Source of the DNA: Planctomycetota bacterium | Lineage (GTDB): Bacteria; Planctomycetota; GCA-002687715; CAIWVZ01 | Assembly: GCA_044222185.1 (NCBI GenBank) | Contig: JBGANV010000002.1 | Coordinates: 672,001 to 736,000 of the forward strand | DNA length: 64,000 nucleotides | Direction of reading: 5' to 3' | Shown: positions 20,234 through 29,789 of the stretch, one piece after another | Layout: the number at the start of each line of letters is the position of its first letter | Numbering within the stretch: the stretch's first letter is position 1 | The notes under the pieces: generated by a model | Told to the model about the DNA's origin: nothing | The model's input: the letters and a program-made list of their open reading frames with translations, nothing else | Databases searched by the model: none | Made by a program: the position numbers and the translations under genes

Positions 20234-23154
20234 AGATCGATCAGGCGTCGCAGGGCGGCGCGGACCTGCTCCGACGTCGCGACCTTGCAGGCGCGCATGC
20301 GCGCGATGCCGTCCTTCAGGTGCGTTTCCGCGTCGTCCCACTTCTTCCGGCGGGTGAGGTTCTGGCCGAGGGTGGCGTAGCTCGCACCGGCCTCATCCGG
20401 GCGAGGCGGATCAGCGGCGAAGCATCCGTCGATCGAATCCAGGTGGAGTCGAACGGCCTCGTCGTCGCGACCCAGACCTTCGAGCGTTCGAGCGAGCTCC
20501 TCGGTCACACCGGTGAGCACTGCGCTCGTCGGGGGCGACATGCGGCGGAAGATCTCGTAGGCCTGGCGGACGGTCCGCTCTGCCTCCTCGAACTTCGATT
20601 GGAGGAGGAGCGTCGTTCCCAGATCCCACCGGGCACGGGCGATGTCCAGCTCCGCCGGCTCGGCCGAGGCGGCAAGTTTGTCGATCACCGAGCGATAGGT
20701 CGCTTCGGCGTCGGCGTACTGCTTCTGCGCCCGCTGGACCTGAGCGACGTCGCTCCAGGCGATCGCCACGTCGCGATGGCCCGGTCCGAGCGTTCGCGTG
20801 AACATCTCGACGGCCTGGTGGGCCAGATCCTCGGCCTTCTCGAGATCGTCGGCCTGCAGTTCGATGCGGGCGAGCAACTGGAGCGTCGACGCGACCGCCG
20901 CATGTTCGCCGAGCAGTTCACGTCGCATGGCCAGCGCTTCCTCGGCGAGCGTGCGAGCCGAGGCGAAATCGCGCTTGTGCATCTTGGTGGTTGCGAGGCT
21001 CGCGAGTGCCGTCGCGGTATCCACGTGGCGCGCCCCGAGGAATTGCCGGCGAAGCGTGAGCGCCTCGCTCAGGCGCGACTCCGCCTCGTCGCGCCGTCCG
21101 CGTGAGATCGCCGCCATGCCGAGTCGCCACCACACGTCGGCGGCGCGGGCGCTCTGACGACCGAAGACGGTCTGCGTGCGCTCCAACGCGCGCTGAAGGA
21201 TCGGCTCGGCGTCGTCGGGCTTGCCGCTGGCCAGAACGAGGTAGCCCAGGTTCGCGAGGCAACTGGGGTAGTCGACGTGATCCCGGTTGGCGGATTCGAA
21301 GATCGTGACGGCGCGCTGGAGCAACTCGACGGCACTCTGTCGTCTGCCCGCGGCCTGCAGGTTCATCCCCTGCTGCGCGAGGAGCTTGGCGACCTTCAGA
21401 TCGTTCTCTCCGTAGCCGCGTCGAGCGATGGCGATGGCCTCGTCGATGTCCTTGATCGCGTCGGTGAGCCGGCCGCGGATCTGGTGCATGGACGAATGCG
21501 TGTCGAGGAACCAAAGACGCGCGTCGATGGCGGCGTCGTCCGCATCCGTGATGGTGGCAAGCACCCGTTCCGTCTCGGTGAGCGCGGCCTCCGTCTTGTC
21601 GTAGTCGCCCATGCGGTAGTAGGCAGACGCGAGGCTGGCGAGGAGATTCGCTTCATCGGAGGCGGAGTGACCCGGGACTCGCCGGATCGCGTCGATGGCG
21701 GCCCGGAACTGGACCACCGCCTCGTCCTGCAGCCCGAGGCTCACGTACGAGCGGGCGATCGTTCCCGCGATCCGAGCGAAGACGGCGGGGCGATTCCCGA
21801 GTCTCACCGCCACCTGTTGCGCCGAGTTGTCCAGGAGATCGCGCACGGTCGCATCCGCCGTGTAGTTGCCGGGCCGGGCGCCGGCGACCATCTCGGAGAT
21901 GAAACCGGCCACCGCCTCGGCATCGGAGACGGCAGCCTTCTCTCCCGCGAGCGCGGTGCGCGCTTCGCCCAACAGCACGAGTGACACGACGAGGCCCGTC
22001 ACCACGGCGAGCGCGGTGATTGCGACGCTTGCCGCCAGCGCCGGCTTGCGCTGGCACCATCGCACCAGGCGAACGAACGGCCCCGGAGGACGCGCGAGGA
22101 TCGGCTCGCGGTCGAGGATGCGCCGGAGGTCGTCGGCGAACTCGAGCGCGGTGCCATATCGGCGGTTCGGATCCTTGTCGAGCGCCGTTTCGAGCACGAC
22201 GCGGAGATCCCGTGAGATGGACTTGTTCAGACGCTGCGCGTTCGGTGGATCCTGGTTGAGGATCGCCTGCTCGAGCGCGGCACGGGTCGGGCCCTGGAAG
22301 GGGCGCTGGAGCGTGAGGCACTCGAAGCCCGTGACGGCAAGCGACCAGACGTCCGTCCGACGATCCACGTGGCGGGCTCCGGCGATCTGCTCGGGGCTCA
22401 TGTACGCGGGAGTGCCGAACACGGCGTCCGACTGCGTCAACGTCGGTTGCTCGGCGTCATCCTGCCACGCGAGGCCGAAGTCCAGGATGACGGGCTCGTC
22501 GCCCTCCGTGAGGATGATGTTGCCTGGTTTTACGTCGCGGTGGACGACGCCCTGTTCGTGAGCGTAGTGAAGCGTGCGCGCGGCCTTCTCCAAGATCGTG
22601 ACGACCCACTTCGTCGCGCCAAGACCGGACGAGTTCGACGTCGACGGCGCTTCGTTTCGCGCGTCGCGCTCTCCGCCCGGCTCCAGCGACGTGTCTCCGA
22701 TCGACAGATGAAGGGGCGCGTTCTCCTTCGGGTTCGCGGCCGCACGGGCCGCGGCGACCTTCTCGGAGAGTGTCGTTCCCTCGAGCAGACGCATGGCGAT
22801 GTAGGGCACGCCCTGTTCGACGCCGGCCGCGTAGACGGTGCAGATTCCGGGATGTCCCAGCCGGGATGCAACCTCGGCCTCGCGGCGGAATCGCATCAGC
22901 GTCGCCGGCGACGCGCCGTCCAGGGCGTTCAGAACCTTGATGGCGACGCTGCGCTTGAGCGGGCCGTCGAGCGCCACCCACACCGAGCCCTGACCGCCGC
23001 GGCCGAGCTGCCGAACGATCGTGTAGGGCCCGAGCGTGGTTCCTGGGCCGACCCACCGCGCACGCAGGCGCTCGTCGGGTTCACGCACGGTGGGGGAGTC
23101 GGGTCCGAATCCGCTTTCCGCGTCGCCCGCCGGCTTGGGTTGCTGTGCTTCCAT
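20158..23154 (-). CDS. Ser/Thr protein kinase with a TM segment and many TPR repeats
   Basis: LGRGGQGSVW, HRDVKPGNI, DFG and GTPAYMSPEQ. TM segment LAASVAITALAVVTGLVVSLVLL. TPR_10/12-like repeats such as ALTLRRQFLGARHVDTA. Confidence 0.9.
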   Translation of the reverse strand: MEAQQPKPAGDAESGFGPDSPTVREPDERLRARWVGPGTTLGPYTIVRQLGRGGQGSVWVALDGPLKRSVAIKVLNALDGASPATLMRFRREAEVASRLGHPGICTVYAAGVEQGVPYIAMRLLEGTTLSEKVAAARAAANPKENAPLHLSIGDTSLEPGGERDARNEAPSTSNSSGLGATKWVVTILEKAARTLHYAHEQGVVHRDVKPGNIILTEGDEPVILDFGLAWQDDAEQPTLTQSDAVFGTPAYMSPEQIAGARHVDRRTDVWSLAVTGFECLTLQRPFQGPTRAALEQAILNQDPPNAQRLNKSISRDLRVVLETALDKDPNRRYGTALEFADDLRRILDREPILARPPGPFVRLVRWCQRKPALAASVAITALAVVTGLVVSLVLLGEARTALAGEKAAVSDAEAVAGFISEMVAGARPGNYTADATVRDLLDNSAQQVAVRLGNRPAVFARIAGTIARSYVSLGLQDEAVVQFRAAIDAIRRVPGHSASDEANLLASLASAYYRMGDYDKTEAALTETERVLATITDADDAAIDARLWFLDTHSSMHQIRGRLTDAIKDIDEAIAIARRGYGENDLKVAKLLAQQGMNLQAAGRRQSAVELLQRAVTIFESANRDHVDYPSCLANLGYLVLASGKPDDAEPILQRALERTQTVFGRQSARAADVWWRLGMAAISRGRRDEAESRLSEALTLRRQFLGARHVDTATALASLATTKMHKRDFASARTLAEEALAMRRELLGEHAAVASTLQLLARIELQADDLEKAEDLAHQAVEMFTRTLGPGHRDVAIAWSDVAQVQRAQKQYADAEATYRSVIDKLAASAEPAELDIARARWDLGTTLLLQSKFEEAERTVRQAYEIFRRMSPPTSAVLTGVTEELARTLEGLGRDDEAVRLHLDSIDGCFAADPPRPDEAGASYATLGQNLTRRKKWDDAETHLKDGIARMRACKVATSEQVRAALRRLIDLYTAANRPADARRVEAELPPPGSAK

Positions 23155-23610
23155 CCTGGATCTGCGGACGCGACGACGCGGCGCCGCGAGATCCTACTCT
23201 CGTTCGCGCCACGTCGCCGATCACGGCCGGAACGGGCGGGCGAGCCGCGCCTCGACCGTGGCATCGGGCCCGTTCGACCGGAATCGACGCGAGCCGAGAG
23301 CGCTGGAGCGCCGGGTCCTACCCCGCTGTTCGGCCAGGGCTCCAGCCCTTGCGAGCACGTCGCCCGCATGCCCGGACCGACCACCGCGACACGGCGACGT
23401 CGGCGGCGGAGGTCCCGTCGCGATTGAACTGCGCAGGCAATCGCAGTCAGGGCTCGAGCCCTGCCGTCCAGCCGGGCACAGCCCCGGCGCTCCGTACCCA
23501 CTTCGTCGACTGATCGGCAACGCGGCGCCGATCTACCATTCCGTGGTGCCGAGGTCATCGTCGATGGCCGAAGGATGCCGCGTCGGGGGACGCGCGCGGG
23601 CACGTCGGCG

Positions 23611-23632
23611 GAGCCTCGCACGCGAGGATCTC
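23611..23632 (+). promoter_or_regulatory. Candidate SD-sequestering hairpin (RNA thermometer) upstream of hsp20
   Basis: GAG-CCTCG-CACG-CGAGG-AT-CTC. The GAGG Shine-Dalgarno lies in the 3' arm of the stem, which ends 3 nt before ATG 23636. Confidence 0.4.
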
Positions 23633-23635
23633 ACC

Positions 23636-24094
23636 ATGAACACCACGCCTGCAAAGGAGCGGTACGGCCTGACGCCAGTGAACCGCCTCGACCAGATGTT
23701 CGGTAACTGGTTCGAGAACTTCTTCCCGGCCACGAACAAGCTCCCGGAGGTCTTCCGGACCGTCAACACACCTCCGATCAACATCTCGGAGACCGACAAG
23801 AACTTCTGCGTTTCCGTGGAACTGCCCGGACTGGAGGAGAAGGACATCTCCGTCCAGATGATGGGCGATCAGCTCACCATCACGGGTGAACGGAAATGGG
23901 AGGAGGAGAAGAAAGGGAAGGAGTTCCACAGGGTCGAGTCGCAGTACGGGACCTTCACCCGTGTCGTGACCCTCCCGGAGAACCTGCGAACGGAGAACCC
24001 GGAGGCCGTCTACAAGCGCGGCGTCCTGACGATCACCTTCCAGAAGGTCGAGCCCACGCCAGCTGCGAAGATCAAGGTGAAAGCCGCGGATTGA
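23636..24094 (+). CDS. Hsp20/alpha-crystallin small heat shock protein
   Basis: PPINISETD, VELPGL, LTITGER, RVESQYGTFTR and AVYKRGVLTI. Start ATG 23636 with GAGG upstream. Confidence 0.95.
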   Translation: MNTTPAKERYGLTPVNRLDQMFGNWFENFFPATNKLPEVFRTVNTPPINISETDKNFCVSVELPGLEEKDISVQMMGDQLTITGERKWEEEKKGKEFHRVESQYGTFTRVVTLPENLRTENPEAVYKRGVLTITFQKVEPTPAAKIKVKAAD

Positions 24095-24104
24095 GGCCCG
24101 GTCC

Positions 24105-24140
24105 GGGGGCCTTCGGGCTGCTTGCGGCTCGGAAGGCCCG
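24105..24140 (+). terminator. GC-rich stem-loop between hsp20 and lpxA (no U-tract)
   Basis: GGGCCTTC...GAAGGCCC outer stem with an inner G-U-containing stem. Confidence 0.4.
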
Positions 24141-24155
24141 CCCATAGACTGCGCC

Positions 24156-24974
24156 ATGTTGCATGCCGCCGTGGAGATCCACCCGTCTGCTCATGTGGCT
24201 GCGGACGCGGACCTCGGCCCCGGTGTGAAAGTGGGGCCGGGCGCCATCATCGAACCGGGAGCCCGGATCGGTGAGGGAACGGTCATTCACGGCAACGCCG
24301 TCGTCACCGGCTTCGCGACCCTGGGACGCAACTGCAAGATCCACTACGGCGCGGTCGTCGGCGGAGACCCCCAGGACCTCGCATTCGAGGGCTTCGACAC
24401 TCGCGTCGAGATCGCCGACGACGTCGTCATCCGAGAGCACGCAACGGTGCATCGCGCGACCAAGCCGGGCGCGGCGACCGTCATCGGCCGCGGCTCGTAC
24501 CTCATGGTCAACTCGCACGTCGCGCACGATTGCGTGCTCGGGGAACGCGTCGTCGTCTGCAACTCGGCGCTGGTTGCCGGGCATTCCCACATCGGCAACC
24601 GCGCGTTCCTCTCTGGGAACACGGTCGTGCACCAGTTCTCGCGCGTGGGGACCCTCGTCATGCTCTCTGGCATCTCGGGGATCGGTCGCGACGTGGGACC
24701 CTATTTGCTGGTCGCCGAGCGGAGCGACGTCCGCGGCATCAACATGGTCGGATTGCGGCGCGCGGGACTCGGCGGCGATGCGCGACGCCGCATTCAGAAC
24801 GCCTACCGCCTGCTCTTCGGCGCGCCGACGATCCGGGAAGGCGTCGACCAAGTGCGCGGTCTCGGGGCCGAGCATCCGGAAATCGCCGAGATCGTCAACT
24901 TCTACGGCGAGAGCAAGCGCGGCTACAGCCGGCCGCCGAATGGCCACGCCCTCGGCGAGGGCGCCGAGGACTGA
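24156..24974 (+). CDS. lpxA: Acyl-ACP--UDP-N-acetylglucosamine O-acyltransferase
   Basis: Hexapeptide repeats, IHPSAHV, PQDL, IREHATVHR, catalytic HVAHDC, AGH, VHQF and GINMVGLRR. Confidence 0.9.
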   Translation: MLHAAVEIHPSAHVAADADLGPGVKVGPGAIIEPGARIGEGTVIHGNAVVTGFATLGRNCKIHYGAVVGGDPQDLAFEGFDTRVEIADDVVIREHATVHRATKPGAATVIGRGSYLMVNSHVAHDCVLGERVVVCNSALVAGHSHIGNRAFLSGNTVVHQFSRVGTLVMLSGISGIGRDVGPYLLVAERSDVRGINMVGLRRAGLGGDARRRIQNAYRLLFGAPTIREGVDQVRGLGAEHPEIAEIVNFYGESKRGYSRPPNGHALGEGAED

Positions 24975-25386
24975 GCCCGCGGCTCGGGCCGTCGTTGACC
25001 GGGTGCTGGAAGGCTGGAGACCAAAGCGAACCGGAGCCCCGCCGAAAGGTCACGAAGTTGACTTCGTGTCGTTTGTCGAAGTTGCCGTAGGTTCGAAGGA
25101 GTGAAGCGGCGGTGACTCGCTGCCAGTCTCCAGCTTCCAGCACCCGGTCCAGAAACGAAATGAGCGCCGACCGATGCAAAGGCAGGACGCGTGCCCGACA
25201 CGAACGCGGCACCGGCCGGCGCCCTGCCCACAGAGACGTCGCCGATGCCCTATAGGTTTCACGCTGATCGGGCCAAATCCGGCGAAGATTACGACGACAG
25301 TCTTTTTCACGATCTTCCTGGACGAATGTTCGTGGCCGTCCATGACGCCCGGCGCGTACGTCCCCGAACGACCATGACCAGGCGCC

Positions 25387-26502
25387 TCAGGCGTCGGGGA
25401 GTGCGGTTCGTCCTCGGTTCAGCGCGCCGAGCCATTCGTGCCCGTAGTCCTGATCCGGCTCCAAGATGTGACCCTCGCTCCATTCGTTCCAGCTGGCGAC
25501 GAAGAGCGGCGCCGTGTCGCCGTGTTCACCGACGGTCCAGCGCGCTGCGGCGCGCACGAATTGCTCGAACGCCTCAGGTGACGTTCCCGTGACGATCGGC
25601 GTCCAGGGGTAGCGGTCAGGTCGGATCCGGGCGTAGAGGCGGGCGCGCGGAGTCGCATCCCAGCCAGGGCTGACGGACGGGAAGTAGGGGAGCGGCGTCG
25701 CGACCGCCCAGCCCTGCCATTCGCTCGCGCGCTGGGCGGCCAGGGTTGAGAAATCCTGCAGGCGAGGGCCCTTCCAGTCGGGGAGGCGGACGTAGTGCGT
25801 CACGCTGTCGAATCCGATTTCCTTCAGGAGACTCCACCATTGCGGCTCCGGATCGATGGCACCCAGGTGAAAGTCGCCGACGGCAGCTCGCGCCCTGGCG
25901 ACGGCCTCCTGGGCGCGTTCCGGTCCGAGCTGTCGGATGAACAGGCTCGTATCGAAGATGGAGAAATAGGGACGGCCCGCGATCCGCCAGTAGTTCGGCT
26001 GCGTGAAGTAGCGGTCCGCCGTGTCGGTGAGCAGTGCCGTGAAGTCGACCGGATCGCTGAAGACGCGGCGATAACGGGGCGGCGCGGTTGGGTCGATGAC
26101 GCGGATCGGCAGCACCCGGTGAGGCATGCGGTTCGCCCACATCACGGCAAAGCGGATTTCCGATCGTCGTTCACACCGCAGGTACCCGTCGTTCAAGGCT
26201 TCAGAAAAAACGGTCTTGCCGCGCGACCAGAAGCGCCCGTGGACGAACACATCCACTCCCGCATCGCGGGCGAGTCTGATCCGGCGGTCGTGCACGGCGG
26301 GGTCGCTGTCGTCGTATGGGCCGTCTTGCGGGAGGACCGGCTGCCGATGCCCCGCGAAATGAGGCCGCGCCTGGCGGACCAGCTCCCACTCGGTCCAGCC
26401 GGGCCCGAAGTGGCGGTCGCGCTCGTCGCACGGGTGCCAACCGTCGTAAACGTAGACGGCAACGGTGGGAGTCCGGTGAGAAGACGAGGGCGGCGGCGCC
26501 AT
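25387..26502 (-). CDS. WbsX-like glycosyltransferase / GH99-like domain protein
   Basis: GWTEWELV...P.F.GH.QP, MWAN, YFTQPNYWRIAGRP, PGWDATPR and SWNEWSEGHILEPD are WbsX/GH99-like motifs. Confidence 0.85.
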   Translation of the reverse strand: MAPPPSSSHRTPTVAVYVYDGWHPCDERDRHFGPGWTEWELVRQARPHFAGHRQPVLPQDGPYDDSDPAVHDRRIRLARDAGVDVFVHGRFWSRGKTVFSEALNDGYLRCERRSEIRFAVMWANRMPHRVLPIRVIDPTAPPRYRRVFSDPVDFTALLTDTADRYFTQPNYWRIAGRPYFSIFDTSLFIRQLGPERAQEAVARARAAVGDFHLGAIDPEPQWWSLLKEIGFDSVTHYVRLPDWKGPRLQDFSTLAAQRASEWQGWAVATPLPYFPSVSPGWDATPRARLYARIRPDRYPWTPIVTGTSPEAFEQFVRAAARWTVGEHGDTAPLFVASWNEWSEGHILEPDQDYGHEWLGALNRGRTALPDA

Positions 26503-26680
26503 GACACGACTCTATCTCGCGTCCGCCACACGACGTGCGCGGCCGGGGGAGAATCAACGACCGCGAGGACGCGTTCTCATCTTTCGCGGGGTTCAGATCG
26601 GACTGATAGAGTCCGCCCCGTTTCACAGACACGCGGAACGCCGGATCCAAAACGGAGCGCCGGTTCACCAAGGAGAGATC

Positions 26681-27709
26681 ATGAAGACGATGCGTGTGGT
26701 CATGGCGGCCGTTCTCGTCGGACTGCCCGTGCTGGCGCAAGCCGGCAAGGCGCCGGCGTTCAAGACGTACAGCGATCTGAATGCAGCCTTCGACAAGGCT
26801 CAGGAAGACGCGACGAAGAAGGTCAACACGGACAAGCTCGCGGCACTCGAGGCGTTCATCGCGACGGCGAAGGACGTGTCGATGGACGACATGAACGAGG
26901 CCCGGATCACCGCTGCCGAGTTGGCGTCGGAGCTCAACAAACACGACGTCGCGCTCAAACACGCCGAGAAACTGGTCAACGAAAACAAGAGCCAGGAGAA
27001 GGTCCTCGCGGCGCGCGTCATCGCCGGCAAGGCGCTGGCGGCGACGAACGCGGCGGCCGAGAAGGTCACGGCGATGCTGAACCCCGTGATCGAGGGCGCA
27101 TCGCTCTCGGAGCAGGAGTCGGTTCGCCCGGCCCTCGACGCTGCCGAGGTTCTCTCGGACTACTACGTCGAGCAGGGCAAGAAGGATGACGCCAAGAAGC
27201 TCTGGACGACGATGGGCGAGAAGCTCCAGCACCCGCAGCTCTCGGCCATGTTCGACTCGAGCAAGGCGAACGTGGACCTCATCGGCGAAGCACCGAAGGC
27301 GTTCAAGGTGAAGGACCTGAAGGGTCAGGACCTGGACCTCGCCCAGTTCAAGGGCAAGGTCACGATGATCGACTTCTGGGCGACGTGGTGCGGACCGTGC
27401 GTCGCCGAGCTTCCGAACGTCATCGCGAACTACAAGAAGTACAACAAGCTCGGCTTCGAGATCATCGGCATCAGCCTCGACAACGAGAAGGACAAGGAGA
27501 AGCTCGAGAAGTTCATCGCGTCGCACGACATGCCGTGGCGTCAGTTCTTCGACGGCCAGGGCTGGAAGAACGAAGTGGCCACGCTGTATGGCATCCACTC
27601 GATTCCTGCGACCTACCTCCTCGATCGCGAAGGCAAGGTCTATCGCGTCGGTCTGCGCGGTGAAGCGCTCGGCAAGGCCCTCGAGAAGCTGCTCGCCGCG
27701 AAGAAGTAG
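26681..27709 (+). CDS. Secreted TlpA/ResA-like thiol-disulfide oxidoreductase with a helical N-terminal domain
   Basis: Signal peptide, KGKVTMIDFWATWCGPC, IIGISLD and IPATYLLDREG. AAGGAG RBS before ATG 26681. Confidence 0.92.
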   Translation: MKTMRVVMAAVLVGLPVLAQAGKAPAFKTYSDLNAAFDKAQEDATKKVNTDKLAALEAFIATAKDVSMDDMNEARITAAELASELNKHDVALKHAEKLVNENKSQEKVLAARVIAGKALAATNAAAEKVTAMLNPVIEGASLSEQESVRPALDAAEVLSDYYVEQGKKDDAKKLWTTMGEKLQHPQLSAMFDSSKANVDLIGEAPKAFKVKDLKGQDLDLAQFKGKVTMIDFWATWCGPCVAELPNVIANYKKYNKLGFEIIGISLDNEKDKEKLEKFIASHDMPWRQFFDGQGWKNEVATLYGIHSIPATYLLDREGKVYRVGLRGEALGKALEKLLAAKK

Positions 27710-27760
27710 TTCGAGCTGCCGCTCCGTCCGCCCGGAGCGCCAGGTTTCACCTGGCCGGAT

Positions 27761-27782
27761 CGGCAGGGCTTCCGCCCTGCCG
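27761..27782 (+). terminator. Perfect 9-bp hairpin downstream of the redoxin gene
   Basis: CGGCAGGGC-TTCC-GCCCTGCCG, with no U-tract. Confidence 0.4.
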
Positions 27783-28175
27783 TGAAGGCGGCTGAACCTC
27801 GATCGTTCGACGGGGCATCCACCAGCCGTCGAGCGCGCCCCGGGGACGAGGAACGCGCGCGGGCAGATCAGGTCCGGGCTGGAGCCCGGCCCGTCCAGCC
27901 AAGCAGGAGCTTGGCGCTGCGCGCGGCCGGAGCGCCAGCCCGCGGCGACGGATGTATGATCCGGCCGACCGGTCAGGGTGCGTAGGCGGCCCCTTGCTCG
28001 GGAGAAGGTGGATCGGGGCGCGTGACCGCAGGCGTGGGCTTGGGCGGCGCTTCTCCGTGTTCAATGCAGGTCGCCACGAACGGGCGTCCTCGACGGCGGT
28101 CGCCGTGACCTGCAGGTAGTTCGCACCTCCGCCACGCCGCGCTGAGCGTGATGCGGGAGAGAGGGAAGACCTGAG

Positions 28176-29789
28176 GTGGATCGAGACGCGCGACGATCAC
28201 CCACACGGCGCACGATCGTTCTGATCTCTCCCCGTGCCGAGCCGGACTGGCCGCACCCGGAGAAGGTTCAGGGCCTTCCGCTGGCCTGTTTGACCCTGGC
28301 GAGACCTCTCGTCGCCAGGGGATACGAGGTCCGCATCGTCGACGAGAACGTGCTGCTGCGTGCGACCGATGCCATCGCGCGCATCGACGACCCGTTGTGG
28401 ATCGGCTTCAGCGTCATCGGAGGCCACACGCTCGTCTCGGCGATGGCCCTGGCCAGGAAGCTGCGGCGCCTGAAACCGGGAGTCCCGCTCGTGTGGGGCG
28501 GCTGGAACCCCACGCTCATGCCGCACCTCTACGAGGACTCGTCCGCGGCAGACATCGTCGACATCGTCGTCCGCGGCCGCGGGGAGCAGCCAGCGGTCGA
28601 CATCTCGGAGCGACTCGTCGCGGGTGCGTCGCTCGCCGACGTGCCTGGCGTGTCATGGCGTGACGGAAGCGGCCGAGCGATCCGCAACGCCGACTCGCCA
28701 TCGGAATCCGAGACGGGCAGCGGGTCGCTTCCCTACGAGCTGATCGAGGAACCGGCGCGGTACATCCTCCGCTTCGGCGCGATCAACTTCATCTCGAGCT
28801 GGGGATGCCCGCATCGCTGTGGCTTCTGCGGCATTCCCGTGGGCACCCGCAGCTTCCGCCCCATGGACAACGCCTTCGTCGTCCAGGAGCTGGCACGGAT
28901 CAAGGGGACCCTCGGCGTGCGCGACGTCGTCTTCCTCGACGACAACTTCTTCACGCAGAAGGCGCGCGTGATCGACCTCGCCGAGAGGCTCATCGCCGCG
29001 AGGCTCGGGATCACCTGGCACTCCAACGGTCGGTTGGATCAAGTCGGCCCGCTCACTGAGGACGAGCTTGCGCTGCTCAAACACTCGGGGTGCCGATCCA
29101 TGAACGTCGGTTACGAGACGGGATCGCAGGAAGTCGCTGACGGAGTCGACAAGGACATCCGCGTGACGGACATCTACGGCCTCGCCGACACGTTCACGCG
29201 TGTCGGTCTGAAGCTGTCGATCAACTTCATGGTCGGTCTGCCTGGGGAAACCCCCGCATCGCTGATTGCGTCGCTGGAAACGTTGCGCGCCATCCACGCC
29301 CGCCACCCCGACCTGGAGGTCTGCTGGTACATGTACATGCCCGCTCCGGGCACGTCGCTGTGGAAGTCGCTCGTGCGCGAAGGCCGGTTGTTCGAGCCGA
29401 AGACGCTCCTCGAGCACTCCCGGTTCCAATCGCTCGACCTGGAGCACCCATGGTTCTACGTGAGCCCCGAGCCGTGGATCTTTCGCGAATGGCGCCGCGA
29501 CCACAAAGCCATCTCGTTCTACTTCCATGCGGCTTTCTCGCCGGCGGTCACCCTCGGGTGGTTGCGCAACAAAGCGCGTGCGCGCTGGACGCAGTCGGAC
29601 CTCCGTCGTCCGTGGGAGTGGCTCCTGTTCTCGGTGTTCAACCGCCTCCAGCGCGCGAAGTCCAACTGGGTCGCGGCGATTGGTCGCACGCGCCCGTTGG
29701 CGCGGCACGTCGATGAGCGCAGGCGGCAGCGGACACGGACGAACGACGGCACGTTCTTCCTCGTGACGGGAGTGCATCGCGGCACATGA
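28176..29789 (+). CDS. Cobalamin-binding (class B) radical SAM protein, putative methyltransferase
   Basis: N-terminal B12-binding domain (PLACLTLA...IVDEN...VWGGWNPT...GRGE). CPHRCGFC, FLDDNF, GYETGSQ and FMVGLPGET. Confidence 0.9.
   Translation: MDRDARRSPTRRTIVLISPRAEPDWPHPEKVQGLPLACLTLARPLVARGYEVRIVDENVLLRATDAIARIDDPLWIGFSVIGGHTLVSAMALARKLRRLKPGVPLVWGGWNPTLMPHLYEDSSAADIVDIVVRGRGEQPAVDISERLVAGASLADVPGVSWRDGSGRAIRNADSPSESETGSGSLPYELIEEPARYILRFGAINFISSWGCPHRCGFCGIPVGTRSFRPMDNAFVVQELARIKGTLGVRDVVFLDDNFFTQKARVIDLAERLIAARLGITWHSNGRLDQVGPLTEDELALLKHSGCRSMNVGYETGSQEVADGVDKDIRVTDIYGLADTFTRVGLKLSINFMVGLPGETPASLIASLETLRAIHARHPDLEVCWYMYMPAPGTSLWKSLVREGRLFEPKTLLEHSRFQSLDLEHPWFYVSPEPWIFREWRRDHKAISFYFHAAFSPAVTLGWLRNKARARWTQSDLRRPWEWLLFSVFNRLQRAKSNWVAAIGRTRPLARHVDERRRQRTRTNDGTFFLVTGVHRGT

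Noticed and set aside
23155-23635. CIRCE or sigma-32 heat-shock elements upstream of hsp20
   Set aside because: No TTAGCACTC-N9-GAGTGCTAA and no convincing sigma-32 consensus. Only a weak TACCAT -10 candidate is present.
25191-25592. 133-aa ORF downstream of lpxA
   Set aside because: It overlaps the convergent WbsX-like gene by about 200 nt and has no recognisable domain.
27800-27825. GTTCGA...CCACCA resembling a tRNA or tmRNA 3' end
   Set aside because: There is no T-stem pairing or acceptor-stem partner, and the spacing does not fit a cloverleaf.
27866-27906. TCAGGTCCGG resembling SRP RNA helix 8
   Set aside because: The required GAAGGAAGCAG continuation is absent.
27782-28175. Small ORFs as a possible RiPP precursor for the radical SAM enzymes
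   Set aside because: No RBS-supported peptide with leader/core character, and no RRE, peptidase or transporter nearby.
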